Assembly: GCA_902604605.1 (NCBI GenBank)
Contig: CACKZI010000001.1
Span: 42,863 to 106,862 of the forward strand
Direction of reading: 5' to 3'
DNA length: 64,000 bases
Source: an uncultured Pelagibacteraceae bacterium
GTDB lineage: Bacteria > Pseudomonadota > Alphaproteobacteria > Pelagibacterales > Pelagibacteraceae
Below, piece by piece: positions 29,391-39,777 of this stretch. Made by a program: the position numbers and the translations under genes. Position 1 is the first letter of the stretch, and the number at the start of each line of letters is the position of its first letter. The notes below the pieces were generated by a model. The model saw nothing but the letters and a program-made list of their open reading frames with translations. It had not been told where the DNA came from and did not search any database.

Positions 29391-30158
29391 GTGCCTAAAA
29401 AACCTTTAGTAAGCATTATAATACCATATCACAAAAAAAAAAATTTTTTTAAATTAACAATTGATTCTATTAAAAATCAAAGTTTTCAAAATTTTGAAGT
29501 AATACTCATTTATGACGATACAGATTTGAGTGAATTAAGTTTCGTAAAAAAAAAGCTTAGAAAGATTAAAAATAAAAAGATATTATTAAATAAGCAAATT
29601 TTAGGAGCAGGATTTTCAAGGAATAAAGGAATATCCAAATCTAGAGGAACTTACATCACTTTTTGTGATGCTGATGACACTTGGAATAAAAATAAATTGA
29701 AGTATCAATTGATATTTATGAAAGAAAATGAATTAACTTTTTCACACACAAGTTACGATATCATTGATTATAAAAATAAAAAAATTGGAATGTTTAAAGT
29801 TAAAACTAAAATCACATATGATGATTTAATTAAAAGTTGTGATATTGGATTATCAACAGTAATGTTAAAAAAAAGTTTAATTTCTAAAAAAAATAGTTTC
29901 TGTAAACTGAAAACAAAAGAAGATTATTTTTTATGGCTGAATATGATAAAAAGCTTAAAAGTTATTTATGGACTTAATAAATCATTATCATCATGGAGAT
30001 TTGTAGAAGGTTCATTATCTAATTCTTTATATCAAAAATTAATTGATGCTTTTAGATTATATAACTCTTATGAAAAGTATAATTTTTTAATTTCATTATT
30101 TTTTGTTATTAGACTTTCATTATACGCTTTAGTAAAAAAGGTTAAGATTTTTAAATAA
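29391..30158 (+). CDS. Glycosyltransferase family 2
   Basis: VSIIIP, SRNKG, FCDADD, EDY. Confidence 0.87.
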   Translation: MPKKPLVSIIIPYHKKKNFFKLTIDSIKNQSFQNFEVILIYDDTDLSELSFVKKKLRKIKNKKILLNKQILGAGFSRNKGISKSRGTYITFCDADDTWNKNKLKYQLIFMKENELTFSHTSYDIIDYKNKKIGMFKVKTKITYDDLIKSCDIGLSTVMLKKSLISKKNSFCKLKTKEDYFLWLNMIKSLKVIYGLNKSLSSWRFVEGSLSNSLYQKLIDAFRLYNSYEKYNFLISLFFVIRLSLYALVKKVKIFK

Positions 30159-30166
30159 TAAATAAA

Positions 30167-30835
30167 ATGAGTAATATCACTTTAGTAATACCAGCAAAAA
30201 ATGAGTCTGAGTCTCTTCCAAAAGTACTAGATGAATTAAAAGATTTTAATGTAAATAAGTTAATTGTTATGTCCAAAGATGATAAAATTACTTTAGAGTC
30301 AATTAAGGATTATAAAGAAAATATTCTTTTTCAATCCGGGAATGGTTTTGGAAATGCTTTGCGTGAAGGTATCAACTCTGTGACTACCAAGTATTTTTGT
30401 GTTTTCAATGCTGATGGATCATTTGATCCAAAAGATTTAGAAAAATTAGAGAAAAAGCTCTATTCAGGCTCAGATTTTGTTTTTAGTTCAAGATATCTTA
30501 AAGGAGCAGGCTCAGAGGATGATACTTTTTTAACTTTCATTGGAAATTTTTTTTTTACACAATTATGCAATCTATTATTTGGACTTAAAATATCAGATGT
30601 TCTGTATACTTATGTAATGGGATCAACAAAATTGTTTAAAAATCTTGATATGGTATATGATGATTTTTCTTTTTGTGTAGAATTGCCAATAAAAGCAAAA
30701 AAGAAAAACTATGTATTGGCAGATTTTCCTAGTTTTGAAAGGTCAAGAATTGCAGGCATTAAGAAAGTAAATGAATTTAGGGATGGTTTTTTGATTCTTA
30801 TTTCTATATTAAGACTTTTAAAATCTAATAAATGA
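30167..30835 (+). CDS. DPM1-like polyprenol-phosphate glycosyltransferase (GT2)
   Basis: IPAKNE, GFGNAL, NADGSFDP, SRY, R.AG.KK.N...DG. Confidence 0.8.
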   Translation: MSNITLVIPAKNESESLPKVLDELKDFNVNKLIVMSKDDKITLESIKDYKENILFQSGNGFGNALREGINSVTTKYFCVFNADGSFDPKDLEKLEKKLYSGSDFVFSSRYLKGAGSEDDTFLTFIGNFFFTQLCNLLFGLKISDVLYTYVMGSTKLFKNLDMVYDDFSFCVELPIKAKKKNYVLADFPSFERSRIAGIKKVNEFRDGFLILISILRLLKSNK

Positions 30836-31884
30836 AAAAAAAAGTAGCACTGATTACCGGCATATCTGGTCAAGATGGATCTTATTTAGCCGAACTTCTT
30901 TTAAAAAAAAATTATGTTGTTCATGGAGTAATAAGAAAATCTTCGTCATTTAATACAGGTAGAATAGATCACATTTACGTAGATCCACATAATAAGACTA
31001 ATTTTTATTTACATTATGGCGATCTAACAGACAGTAATAGTGTTTACAATATAATTAACAATATTAAACCTGATGAGATTTACAATCTGGGTGCCCAAAG
31101 TCACGTTGGAGTTTCATTTGATAATCCTGAGTATACTGCTGAAGTTTCTGGAATTGGAACCTTAAGAATATTGGAGGCAATAAGATTTTTAAAAATAAAA
31201 AAAATTAAATTTTACCAAGCAAGCACCTCAGAACTTTTTGGAGAAACTTATAATAAAAATATTTTTAACGAAAATTCTAAATTTCATCCCAAATCTCCCT
31301 ATGGAGTTGCAAAACTTTATTCTTTCTGGATCACTTCAGTTTATAGAGAGTCCTATGGAATTTTTGCAAGCAATGGAATTCTTTTTAATCATGAAAGTCC
31401 AAGAAGAGGTGAAACATTTGTAACTAGAAAAATAACAAGATTTTTAACAAGAAAAATACTTGGATCAAAAGATATATTGTATCTAGGTAATTTAAATGCG
31501 AAGCGTGATTGGGGACATGCTGCAGATTATGTTGAAATGCAATGGAGAATTTTACAACAAAAAAAACCAGAAGATTTTGTTGTAGCAACTGGAAATGCTT
31601 ATAGTGTAAAACAATTTATTGAAACATGTGCTAAAGTTCTTAAAATAAAAATTATATGGCAAGGAAAAGGGATAAATGAAAGGGCTTACTTTATTAATAA
31701 TAATAAAAAGGAATTATTAATTAAAGTTGATAAAAGGTATTTTAGACCAAATGAAGTCCATTATTTAAAAGGAGATGCTAGAAAAGCATTTAAAAAATTA
31801 AGATTCAAGCCAAAATTTAATTTTAAAGACCTTGTAGAAGATATGATTAAACATGATTTAGAATTAGCAAGATCTGAATTATAA
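30832..31884 (+). CDS. gmd: GDP-mannose 4,6-dehydratase
   Basis: TGISGQDGSYLA, AQSHV, QASTSE, SPYGVAK, NHESPRRGETFVTRK, RDWGHA. Confidence 0.95.
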   Translation: MKKKVALITGISGQDGSYLAELLLKKNYVVHGVIRKSSSFNTGRIDHIYVDPHNKTNFYLHYGDLTDSNSVYNIINNIKPDEIYNLGAQSHVGVSFDNPEYTAEVSGIGTLRILEAIRFLKIKKIKFYQASTSELFGETYNKNIFNENSKFHPKSPYGVAKLYSFWITSVYRESYGIFASNGILFNHESPRRGETFVTRKITRFLTRKILGSKDILYLGNLNAKRDWGHAADYVEMQWRILQQKKPEDFVVATGNAYSVKQFIETCAKVLKIKIIWQGKGINERAYFINNNKKELLIKVDKRYFRPNEVHYLKGDARKAFKKLRFKPKFNFKDLVEDMIKHDLELARSEL

Positions 31885-31892
31885 AATCCATA

Positions 31893-32912
31893 ATGGAAAA
31901 TACCGAGATAATTTTAATTATTGGCTTTTATACATTATTCTTAAATTATATATTTTCAAAAATAGAGTTTTTTAAAGATAGAAAAAAAATATCCATTCAT
32001 AAAACTTTTACAAATTCTTCACTGAGGCCACCATTTTCAGGTGGTGTTATATTTTTATTAACGATAATTATTTTTTTTTCGAATAATTTCGATTATTTGA
32101 TTTTGTTCTTTTTATTTTTTTTTATCGGATTTTTATCTGATATTAATATTTTAAAATCACCTAATATTCGTTTTGTTTTACAGATCTTTTTTTTAGTTTT
32201 TTTTATAACTATTCTAAATATATCAATTGAGTCTATACGAATAGAATTTTTTGACGATTTATTAAAAAACATTTTTTTTAAGATATTTTTTTCAACATTT
32301 TGTATTTTAATTCTTATTAATGGAACCAATTTTATTGATGGACTCAATACTTTAGTTATTGGATATTATATTCTGGTTCTTTTCTTCATTGGAGCGGTAA
32401 CAAAAGATTTTTCTTACAATTTTTTTAGTTCAAGAGAATTTATTATTTTGTTATCAGTTCTTACTTTTTTATTTATTTTGAATTTTTTTGAACAGCTCTA
32501 TTTAGGTGATGGTGGCGCATATTTATTATCAATTTTTTTTGGAATATATTTAATTAATGTTTATAACGAAAATAATGCAATTTCACCATATTACATAATG
32601 AATTTGTTATGGTATCCAGCATATGAGAATTTGTTTTCTATTATAAGAAAGATTATTTTCAAATATTCAGCATTTAAACCAGACAATCTTCATTTGCACC
32701 AAATTATTTTTTCAAAATTTAAAAAAAAACTTAAAAATAAAAAAATATTAAATACTTTGACTGGTTTAGTTATTAATTTATTTAACTTATTAATTTTTTA
32801 TTTTGCTTCAACTGATTATTCAAATACGAAATTTCAATTAATGATAACAATATTTGCTTTGCTAACTTATAATTTTTTATATTTTATATTATATAAAAAA
32901 AAATTTAAATGA
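31893..32912 (+). CDS. WecA/MraY-family polyprenyl-phosphate sugar-1-phosphate transferase (divergent)
   Basis: Multi-TM with P..GG, GFLSD, NGTNFIDGLN, YLGDGG, PDNLHLH. Confidence 0.82.
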   Translation: MENTEIILIIGFYTLFLNYIFSKIEFFKDRKKISIHKTFTNSSLRPPFSGGVIFLLTIIIFFSNNFDYLILFFLFFFIGFLSDINILKSPNIRFVLQIFFLVFFITILNISIESIRIEFFDDLLKNIFFKIFFSTFCILILINGTNFIDGLNTLVIGYYILVLFFIGAVTKDFSYNFFSSREFIILLSVLTFLFILNFFEQLYLGDGGAYLLSIFFGIYLINVYNENNAISPYYIMNLLWYPAYENLFSIIRKIIFKYSAFKPDNLHLHQIIFSKFKKKLKNKKILNTLTGLVINLFNLLIFYFASTDYSNTKFQLMITIFALLTYNFLYFILYKKKFK

Positions 32913-34146
32913 AAGTTTTAAAAACGGACATAAAATAAAACAAAGTAGAGAAAAAGATTAAGATAGAATATTTAGATTTACTCAATGATAGAATAAAATT
33001 TTCAATATATTTATTATCAAAAATTAAGAATATTAAAATATATATTAATGGGTCATAAGTTTCATGATAAATTACCCCATCAAACTCAAAAATTATAAGT
33101 ATAAAGATAACGATTAAATCACTTATTTTGTTATAAGTATTTTCGTTAATTAAAAAAAATTTTGTTAAAATCAAAATTGATACTGAAGATAATAAGAAAA
33201 ATAATATATTGTTATTAAAAAGAAGATGGGATAATTTATAATAAATCCCTCCAGAATAATCTAAATTATAATTAAAAAATAAAAACAAACAAAAGATAAA
33301 TATTGATAAGAAAATTATCTCATTTAAATTAATTGAAAATTTTATTTTATCTTTAATATAAAAATATAAGTAGGGTAATAAATAAAAAGAAATTATAGAC
33401 GTTGTTAAAGATAAAACTGTTATTAGATTTCCTCTAAATAAATAATTTTCAAACCAATCGTTTATATCAAGAATAAATATGTAATAGACCGCTGGAAAAC
33501 TCAACAATACATTAAATACAATATAATAAATAAAATTTCTTTTTGAATTTAATATAAAAAAATATTGAAAGAAAAAATAAATTGAAAAAAAACAATAAAT
33601 TGGTCTTATATAAGCCGCAATAGCTAAAAAAAAGGTGTTTAAAAATAGATAAATTAATTTCTGATCTTTTTTTTTATATAAAATAAAATAGTAAATAGAA
33701 ATTGATAGAAAAACTATAGCAAGAAGATTGTCATCTATCCAAATAGAACCCGACCTGAAATATGGAGATAAAAAAAATATTAATGGTAAAAAATAGATAT
33801 ATATGTTTAAATTTTTTTCATATTTAATTTTTAAACTATTAAAAATATAAATAGGTATTAGTAAACAGATATGAATATTAATAATTTTTGCAACTAATTC
33901 ATTCTCAAACAAATTTTGTAGTAGTGTGAAATAATATAAATAGATTGGTGAGTGAGGAACTTTTTTTTCTTCATAATTTAAAAGACCATTAATAAAACCA
34001 TTGTCAAATATATCAGTTACTTTAATGTGAAGTTCATAATCTCGTATATATCCAAAAGCAAAATCTTCATTAAAAATTAGACCAATTATCAGAGTGATAT
34101 AAGAAAGAAAATATACGATTATTATTTTAAGATTAAAGTTTTTCAT
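32905..34146 (-). CDS. Polytopic membrane protein, GT-C-like glycosyltransferase candidate
   Basis: About ten hydrophobic helices, first loop with RDYELH...HSP, then SPYFRS and YDP; glycan context. Confidence 0.55.
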   Translation of the reverse strand: MKNFNLKIIIVYFLSYITLIIGLIFNEDFAFGYIRDYELHIKVTDIFDNGFINGLLNYEEKKVPHSPIYLYYFTLLQNLFENELVAKIINIHICLLIPIYIFNSLKIKYEKNLNIYIYFLPLIFFLSPYFRSGSIWIDDNLLAIVFLSISIYYFILYKKKDQKLIYLFLNTFFLAIAAYIRPIYCFFSIYFFFQYFFILNSKRNFIYYIVFNVLLSFPAVYYIFILDINDWFENYLFRGNLITVLSLTTSIISFYLLPYLYFYIKDKIKFSINLNEIIFLSIFIFCLFLFFNYNLDYSGGIYYKLSHLLFNNNILFFLLSSVSILILTKFFLINENTYNKISDLIVIFILIIFEFDGVIYHETYDPLIYILIFLIFDNKYIENFILSLSKSKYSILIFFSTLFYFMSVFKTFI

Positions 34147-35051
34147 TTTAAAAAATTAATTTTGTAAAATATGAAAGGTCCCAAAAGTTTTCCTAAGGCT
34201 CTAAATGAATAATTTAAAATAATTATTTTATAATTCTTCTGAAAAGGTAAAAAAATGTTTGTTATTGATATTATTAAAAAATAAATAAACTTAAAATAAT
34301 TAATCAAAATACCTAAAAAATTTCCATGGATTTTTTTATCAATATAATTTCCAAGAACTCCCAATCTAAAACTTCGATTTTTAAGCCATTGAATGTCGAG
34401 CCTATGTTTATGAATTAACTCAGTAACTTTTATATCTTTAGAGTAGTAAATTTTGTTTCCAAGTTTTGATAGCTGTAAAAAAAATAATTGATCTTCACCC
34501 ATGCCAAATTTATTCAAATTTTCATCAAACCTTAAATTATTTTTTTGCAAAACATTTGATTTTAAAAGAATATTATTAGTTGCAGCCCAATTTACTTTTA
34601 AAATTTTTTTGGAATATTTTTTTTCAAAAAATTTAGTAAAATTTATATTATTTTGATATATATCTTTACTGTAATTTTGGGGACCAGTAACAATATCAGC
34701 ATTATATTCTTTTAAAACTCTTAAAGAATTAGTAATCCAATTTTTATCAAAAATACAATCATCATCTATAAAAGATAAGTATTCTATTTTTTTCTTTTTT
34801 ATAAAATCTAGACAAGCATTTCTTGCAAATACTATTCCCCTTTTTTTTTCATTCTTAATAAATATTTTAAAAGAACTTTTTTTCTTATATTTTTTGATAA
34901 TTTTTTGAGAAGAAAAGTTTATTGTATTATCTAAGATAAAAATTTCTATATTAAATTTTTCAATTAATTTAATTTTATTTATACTTTCTAAACATTTTAT
35001 AAGACTTTGATTCCTATTAAAAGTGCAGATACAGATTAATATTTTTTTCAT
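34143..35051 (-). CDS. Glycosyltransferase family 2
   Basis: ICTFNR, GIVFARN, FIDDD, ATNN, GEDQ. Confidence 0.88.
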   Translation of the reverse strand: MKKILICICTFNRNQSLIKCLESINKIKLIEKFNIEIFILDNTINFSSQKIIKKYKKKSSFKIFIKNEKKRGIVFARNACLDFIKKKKIEYLSFIDDDCIFDKNWITNSLRVLKEYNADIVTGPQNYSKDIYQNNINFTKFFEKKYSKKILKVNWAATNNILLKSNVLQKNNLRFDENLNKFGMGEDQLFFLQLSKLGNKIYYSKDIKVTELIHKHRLDIQWLKNRSFRLGVLGNYIDKKIHGNFLGILINYFKFIYFLIISITNIFLPFQKNYKIIILNYSFRALGKLLGPFIFYKINFLK

Positions 35052-35052
35052 T

Positions 35053-36189
35053 TTAAATAAGAATTTTTATTAAATTTTTATAATGATTAAATTTTGTAAA
35101 ATCTTTTACTCTTTTCTTTACGTCTTTTTTTTGAGAAAAGATTGAATTTTCACTCGTATTCTTTTCTAAATTTATAAATTTTTGGAGAAGATCATTTTTA
35201 TCATTGTTACTAAATAAAAAGTTATCATTTTTTATTATTTCATATGGTCCATTTGGACAATTACTTGATATAATTGTTGAGTTTGAAATTGCTGCTTCAA
35301 TTAGTACAAAACCAGGATCTTCCCATAATGATGTAAGAATAAAGTATTTAGAATTTGTTAAAAATTTATACACATTTTTTTCATAACCTAACAAAAAAGC
35401 CTTTTTTTGAATACTTAAACTATTAATTAATTTTTGTAATTTTTCTTTTTCTTCACCTTCTCCTAAAATAATAAGAATAAATTCTGGAAAATCTTTTTCT
35501 ATATTTTTAAAGAATCTTATCAAAAGTTCGAAGTTTTTTTGTTTTGTGAGTCTTCCTATTCCAGTAATAATCTTTTTATTTGAAAATTTTTCATCTACTT
35601 TTGACTTAGAAAATATTGAAAATTTTTTCATATCAATTATAGGGTCTTTTAAAATCAATAATTTATCCTCAGAAAAAATTTTGCTTTCTTTTAAATAATC
35701 ATATGTAGCTTTAGTTGGGCAGGTAACCTTGTAAATCTTTTTTGAAAAGAGTTTCCAAAAAATTTTTCTTATAAAATTTATCTTAGGTAACCCTGAAATT
35801 CTAAGAATTATTTTGGTTTTTTGTTGAAAAATTGATAAAAAAATTGGAAGAGATGTAATTAAATGAATTATCAAATAATCAGGTTTATCATTTTGAATTA
35901 ATCTTTTTAATTTAAAAAAACTCAAAAAAAATATAAATATGTATGAAAATCTACTTTTAAGATAACTGTCTTTTGGTATTATTTTTAAAAAATTTAATTT
36001 GTTTAAATTAATTATATTAATTTTTTTATTTATAACATCTTTATATTCATCCCATTCTCCAATTGCATTTATAATGGACACTTCATAATTAATGTTTTTT
36101 CCGTATTCAATCAACGAATTTGCAGATCTCACTACAGCTTGAATAGTAGCTATTTTAGAAAAAAAAGGTGACCAATAATGTATTTTCAT
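35053..36189 (-). CDS. Glycosyltransferase family 4
   Basis: GRLTKQK, WEDPGFVLIEA, NCPNGP. Confidence 0.87.
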   Translation of the reverse strand: MKIHYWSPFFSKIATIQAVVRSANSLIEYGKNINYEVSIINAIGEWDEYKDVINKKINIINLNKLNFLKIIPKDSYLKSRFSYIFIFFLSFFKLKRLIQNDKPDYLIIHLITSLPIFLSIFQQKTKIILRISGLPKINFIRKIFWKLFSKKIYKVTCPTKATYDYLKESKIFSEDKLLILKDPIIDMKKFSIFSKSKVDEKFSNKKIITGIGRLTKQKNFELLIRFFKNIEKDFPEFILIILGEGEEKEKLQKLINSLSIQKKAFLLGYEKNVYKFLTNSKYFILTSLWEDPGFVLIEAAISNSTIISSNCPNGPYEIIKNDNFLFSNNDKNDLLQKFINLEKNTSENSIFSQKKDVKKRVKDFTKFNHYKNLIKILI

Positions 36190-36192
36190 AAA

Positions 36193-36855
36193 TTACTTTT
36201 TAACTTCAAAAAATAATCCGATTGGATAAATCTCTTTGAGCTTAGTTTTTACAAATAACTGAATAATTGTGTCAAATATAAAGCAAACAAATAAAATTAT
36301 TTGATTGATAATAGGTATATATTTTAGATAAGCCTGAAGTAAACTATAGCAAGCAACTAATGGACCATATCCTAAATTTTTAATTTTTATATTTCTAAAT
36401 TTATTTTTCTTAAAAATAAAAAATAAATAATCTTTTGAAAATCTAAAATAATCTTTTGGTGCACCATGTATTTGATAAATAAAAGGTGTTGAACCAATTA
36501 AATTACCATTTTTTTTTAGAATTCTATTCATTTCTTTTAATGATAAATTGTGGTTATTTAAATGTTCTAAAACGTTAAATATTAAAATAAATCGATAATT
36601 GCCAGAAGGTATTTTTAACTTTTTTGTCAAATCAGCATAAAAAATTCTTAATTCCTTATCTGTGAAAATATTTGAAAATTCTATTTTCTTCTTTTCTTTG
36701 ATATGTATTGAAAAATTTTTGTTTTCTTTTTTATTAGCGCCAAACTCAATAGTTTTACCAATTATATTTAATTTTTTTAATTCTAGAATTTGAAAAATCC
36801 TAAGAAGACTATAATTAAGAAATAATAGTTTTATAAATAATAAAAAATTGTTCAT
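36193..36855 (-). CDS. Class I SAM-dependent methyltransferase
   Basis: IEFGA, NVLEH, RILKKNG, PF...HGAPKDYFRF. Confidence 0.8.
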   Translation of the reverse strand: MNNFLLFIKLLFLNYSLLRIFQILELKKLNIIGKTIEFGANKKENKNFSIHIKEKKKIEFSNIFTDKELRIFYADLTKKLKIPSGNYRFILIFNVLEHLNNHNLSLKEMNRILKKNGNLIGSTPFIYQIHGAPKDYFRFSKDYLFFIFKKNKFRNIKIKNLGYGPLVACYSLLQAYLKYIPIINQIILFVCFIFDTIIQLFVKTKLKEIYPIGLFFEVKK

Positions 36856-36859
36856 TTAT

Positions 36860-37696
36860 CTAATTAGCTCGTAAGATTATCACAGATGTAACCCATAAAA
36901 ATATTAAAACAAGGTTTTGTTTATCATTAATTATTTCATCAACCGGAGAGTCGGTAAAACTTTTCTTTGAGGAAAGATGATTGTACCTTACTATACCATA
37001 GATCACCAAAGGTATGGTTATTAAGAGTTTTTCATTAACTGATATTACATAAGACGTATAAAAAATTATTGATATCATTGCAGCAAAATTTGACAGCATT
37101 TTTAAACTTTTTACTGAATATGATTTTAAGACATATCTAGATTTAGATCCGTATAAAAAAAGTTCTTGTTTCCTTTTTAAGGCTGCTAAAAAAAATGCAC
37201 CACTAAATATAGTTGCACCCATCCAGTATGATAAAGGTGCATTTAAAACAATACAACCAGCTAAAACTCTAATTAAGTAATTTGAAGAAAGAACTACAAT
37301 ATCAAGAAAGATAATTTTTTTAAAAAAGTTAGTATAAAGATAATTTATGAAAATATAGGAGACTATAATTATAATTAAATCTTTATTTAAAAATAAGTTT
37401 ATCGAAATAATTAATGTTAATATTAATAAAAAAAAGTGTCCCTGATTAACAGAAATCTGACCATTTGCTATTGGTTTTAATTTCCTTTTTTTTGGATGTT
37501 TTTTATCCGATTTAATATCAGCAATATCATTATAAATATATACTAGTGATGCGGTTAAACAAAAAATCAAAAATATATTTAGAAGATTTGAAATTACTAA
37601 AAAATCTATTTTTTTTTCAATAAATAAAATTGGAGTAAAGATAATTAAATTTTTGAAATAGTGCTTTATTCTAAATAAATGATAATATTTTTTCAT
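36860..37696 (-). CDS. UbiA-family polyprenyl-phosphate 5-phosphoribosyltransferase
   Basis: R..HYFKN, YIYNDIAD..SDKKHPKK, KPIANG, RVLAG, KRKQE; divergent from DprE1/E2-like genes. Confidence 0.85.
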   Translation of the reverse strand: MKKYYHLFRIKHYFKNLIIFTPILFIEKKIDFLVISNLLNIFLIFCLTASLVYIYNDIADIKSDKKHPKKRKLKPIANGQISVNQGHFFLLILTLIISINLFLNKDLIIIIVSYIFINYLYTNFFKKIIFLDIVVLSSNYLIRVLAGCIVLNAPLSYWMGATIFSGAFFLAALKRKQELFLYGSKSRYVLKSYSVKSLKMLSNFAAMISIIFYTSYVISVNEKLLITIPLVIYGIVRYNHLSSKKSFTDSPVDEIINDKQNLVLIFLWVTSVIILRAN

Positions 37697-37750
37697 AAAA
37701 AAAGTATAATAAGTATAATTAATACAAATTTTACTAAATTAAAGATTTAT

Positions 37751-39052
37751 ATGAAAATTACAGGATGGGGAAACAATTTCAATCTTAGATCCAATGTTTT
37801 ATACCCTCAAAATAATAGTGAAATAATAGAAATCTTAAGAGACAAAAAAATTGAAAAAATTATTTGTAGAGGTTTAGGAAGAAGCTATGGAGATAACAAT
37901 TTAAGCTCAAATATAATTTCGTTAAAAGATTACACAAAAAAATTTAAGATATATAAAAAAAAAAAGATTCTTAATTGTACTGCAAATATTTCTTTTAGAG
38001 ATGTTAAAGAAGATTTGATTAAAAATGGTTTTTTTTTCAATGTAACTCCTGGTTCACAAAATGTGACAATAGCTGGTGCAATTGCTAATGATGTTCATGG
38101 AAAAAATCATCATAAAGATGGTACTTTTACAAAGTACGTTAAGGAGATAACTTTAATAACACCTAGTGGTAAAATAATAACTTGTTCACAAAAAAAAAAT
38201 GTCAAATTGTTTAGAGCAACCTGTGGCGGTGCTGGTTTAACAGGAATTATAATAAGTGCAAAGATACATTTGATAAGAATCTATTCTAAAAATATCGATG
38301 TTTCAATTATCCCTACAAATAATTTAAAACAAACAATTACAGAATTAAGAAAATTAAATAAAAATAAATATTTGATTGCATGGATGGATACTATCAACAA
38401 AAAAAATTTTGGTAGATCAATAGTAATTTCTGGAGAACATTCAAAAGATAATAACCTAAATTTTAAGAATAAATCATCTTTCTACTTTCCGTCATTTATA
38501 GGCAAACTTTTTTTAAATGACTTTTTTTTAAAGATTTTCAATAAATTTTATTTTTATTTTAGTAAAAGAAAACTTTTCTTTAAACAAGATATAGATAATT
38601 TTTTCTATCCTTTAGATAAGATTATCAATTGGAATAAGTTTTATGGAAAAAAAGGTTTTGTTCAAATTCAGATGATTATATCCGATAAAAAAAATTTATT
38701 TAGGATATTAAATAAAATTTTTTTATTCTTAAACAATCATAAAATATATTCTTATCTAACAACCTTGAAAGAATTTGGAAAAGCTAACAAAAATTATTTA
38801 TCATTTCCACAAAATGGTTTAACTATAACTCTGGATATTCCTGTTACTGATAAACTGACTTTAATTTATCCAAATTTTGAAAAAATCTTAATAAAATATG
38901 GGGTAAAAGTTTATTTGGCAAAAGATAGTTTAATGTCCAAAACATTATTTAAAAAAACGTATAAACAATTAAATAACTTTATTAAAATTAAAAAAAAAAT
39001 TGATAAAAATAAAAAGTTTTCATCATTGCAATCCGAAAGACTTGGAATATGA
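37751..39052 (+). CDS. DprE1-like FAD-dependent polyprenylphosphoribose 2'-oxidase
   Basis: ITGWG, RGLGRSYGD, VTPG, NDVHGKNHH, FFYPLD, YLAKDS, S.QSERLG. ATG at 37751. Confidence 0.88.
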   Translation: MKITGWGNNFNLRSNVLYPQNNSEIIEILRDKKIEKIICRGLGRSYGDNNLSSNIISLKDYTKKFKIYKKKKILNCTANISFRDVKEDLIKNGFFFNVTPGSQNVTIAGAIANDVHGKNHHKDGTFTKYVKEITLITPSGKIITCSQKKNVKLFRATCGGAGLTGIIISAKIHLIRIYSKNIDVSIIPTNNLKQTITELRKLNKNKYLIAWMDTINKKNFGRSIVISGEHSKDNNLNFKNKSSFYFPSFIGKLFLNDFFLKIFNKFYFYFSKRKLFFKQDIDNFFYPLDKIINWNKFYGKKGFVQIQMIISDKKNLFRILNKIFLFLNNHKIYSYLTTLKEFGKANKNYLSFPQNGLTITLDIPVTDKLTLIYPNFEKILIKYGVKVYLAKDSLMSKTLFKKTYKQLNNFIKIKKKIDKNKKFSSLQSERLGI

Positions 39053-39777
39053 ATAATATAATTCAAATAGTAGGTGGAAATTCAGATATTGCTTTTAGTA
39101 CTTCAAAAATATTTGCAAAAAATGGATATGATATTCATTTAGTATCAAAAAATTTTAAAAATCTTAGAATAAAAAAAGATAAACTTGAGAATAATTTCAA
39201 TATTCAATGTAAAATAACAGAATTAGATATTGAAAATGAGAATGATGTAAAATTCTTTTTTGAAAAAGAAAAAGATCATGTTTCTATTGTATTAATGGCA
39301 GTAGGTTATCTTGAAAAGGAGGAAAAAAATTATGATAAAATAATTAATTTAAATCACAAATCACTAATTTTTTATATTGAAAAAGCAATTCAAAGATACA
39401 GTAATCATGAAAATTTTAAAACAATTATAGGTATTAGTTCAGTTGCAGCTGATAGAAAGGATGATAAAAAAAATATTTATTCATCATCAAAAGCAGATTT
39501 TACAAATTACTTGAATAGATTACGTATCAGACTACATGAAAAAAAAATTGATGTAATGATAATAAAGCCTGGATATGTTAAAACAAAAATGACAACAGGT
39601 CTTAATTTGCCTAGTTTTTTAGTTTCAACACCAGACACAGTAGGTAAAATAATATATAATTCATTTAAGAATAATAAAGAAGATGTTTATGCTCCAGGAT
39701 ATTGGCGATATATAATGCTATTATATAGAAATATACCTCAATTTATTTTCAAATTGTTTTTAATTTTTAAAAGATAA
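39049..39777 (+). CDS. DprE2-like SDR reductase
   Basis: GGNSDIA, SSVAADR, YSSSK, KPGYVKTKMT; coupled to the DprE1-like gene (ATGA overlap). Confidence 0.83.
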   Translation: MNNIIQIVGGNSDIAFSTSKIFAKNGYDIHLVSKNFKNLRIKKDKLENNFNIQCKITELDIENENDVKFFFEKEKDHVSIVLMAVGYLEKEEKNYDKIINLNHKSLIFYIEKAIQRYSNHENFKTIIGISSVAADRKDDKKNIYSSSKADFTNYLNRLRIRLHEKKIDVMIIKPGYVKTKMTTGLNLPSFLVSTPDTVGKIIYNSFKNNKEDVYAPGYWRYIMLLYRNIPQFIFKLFLIFKR

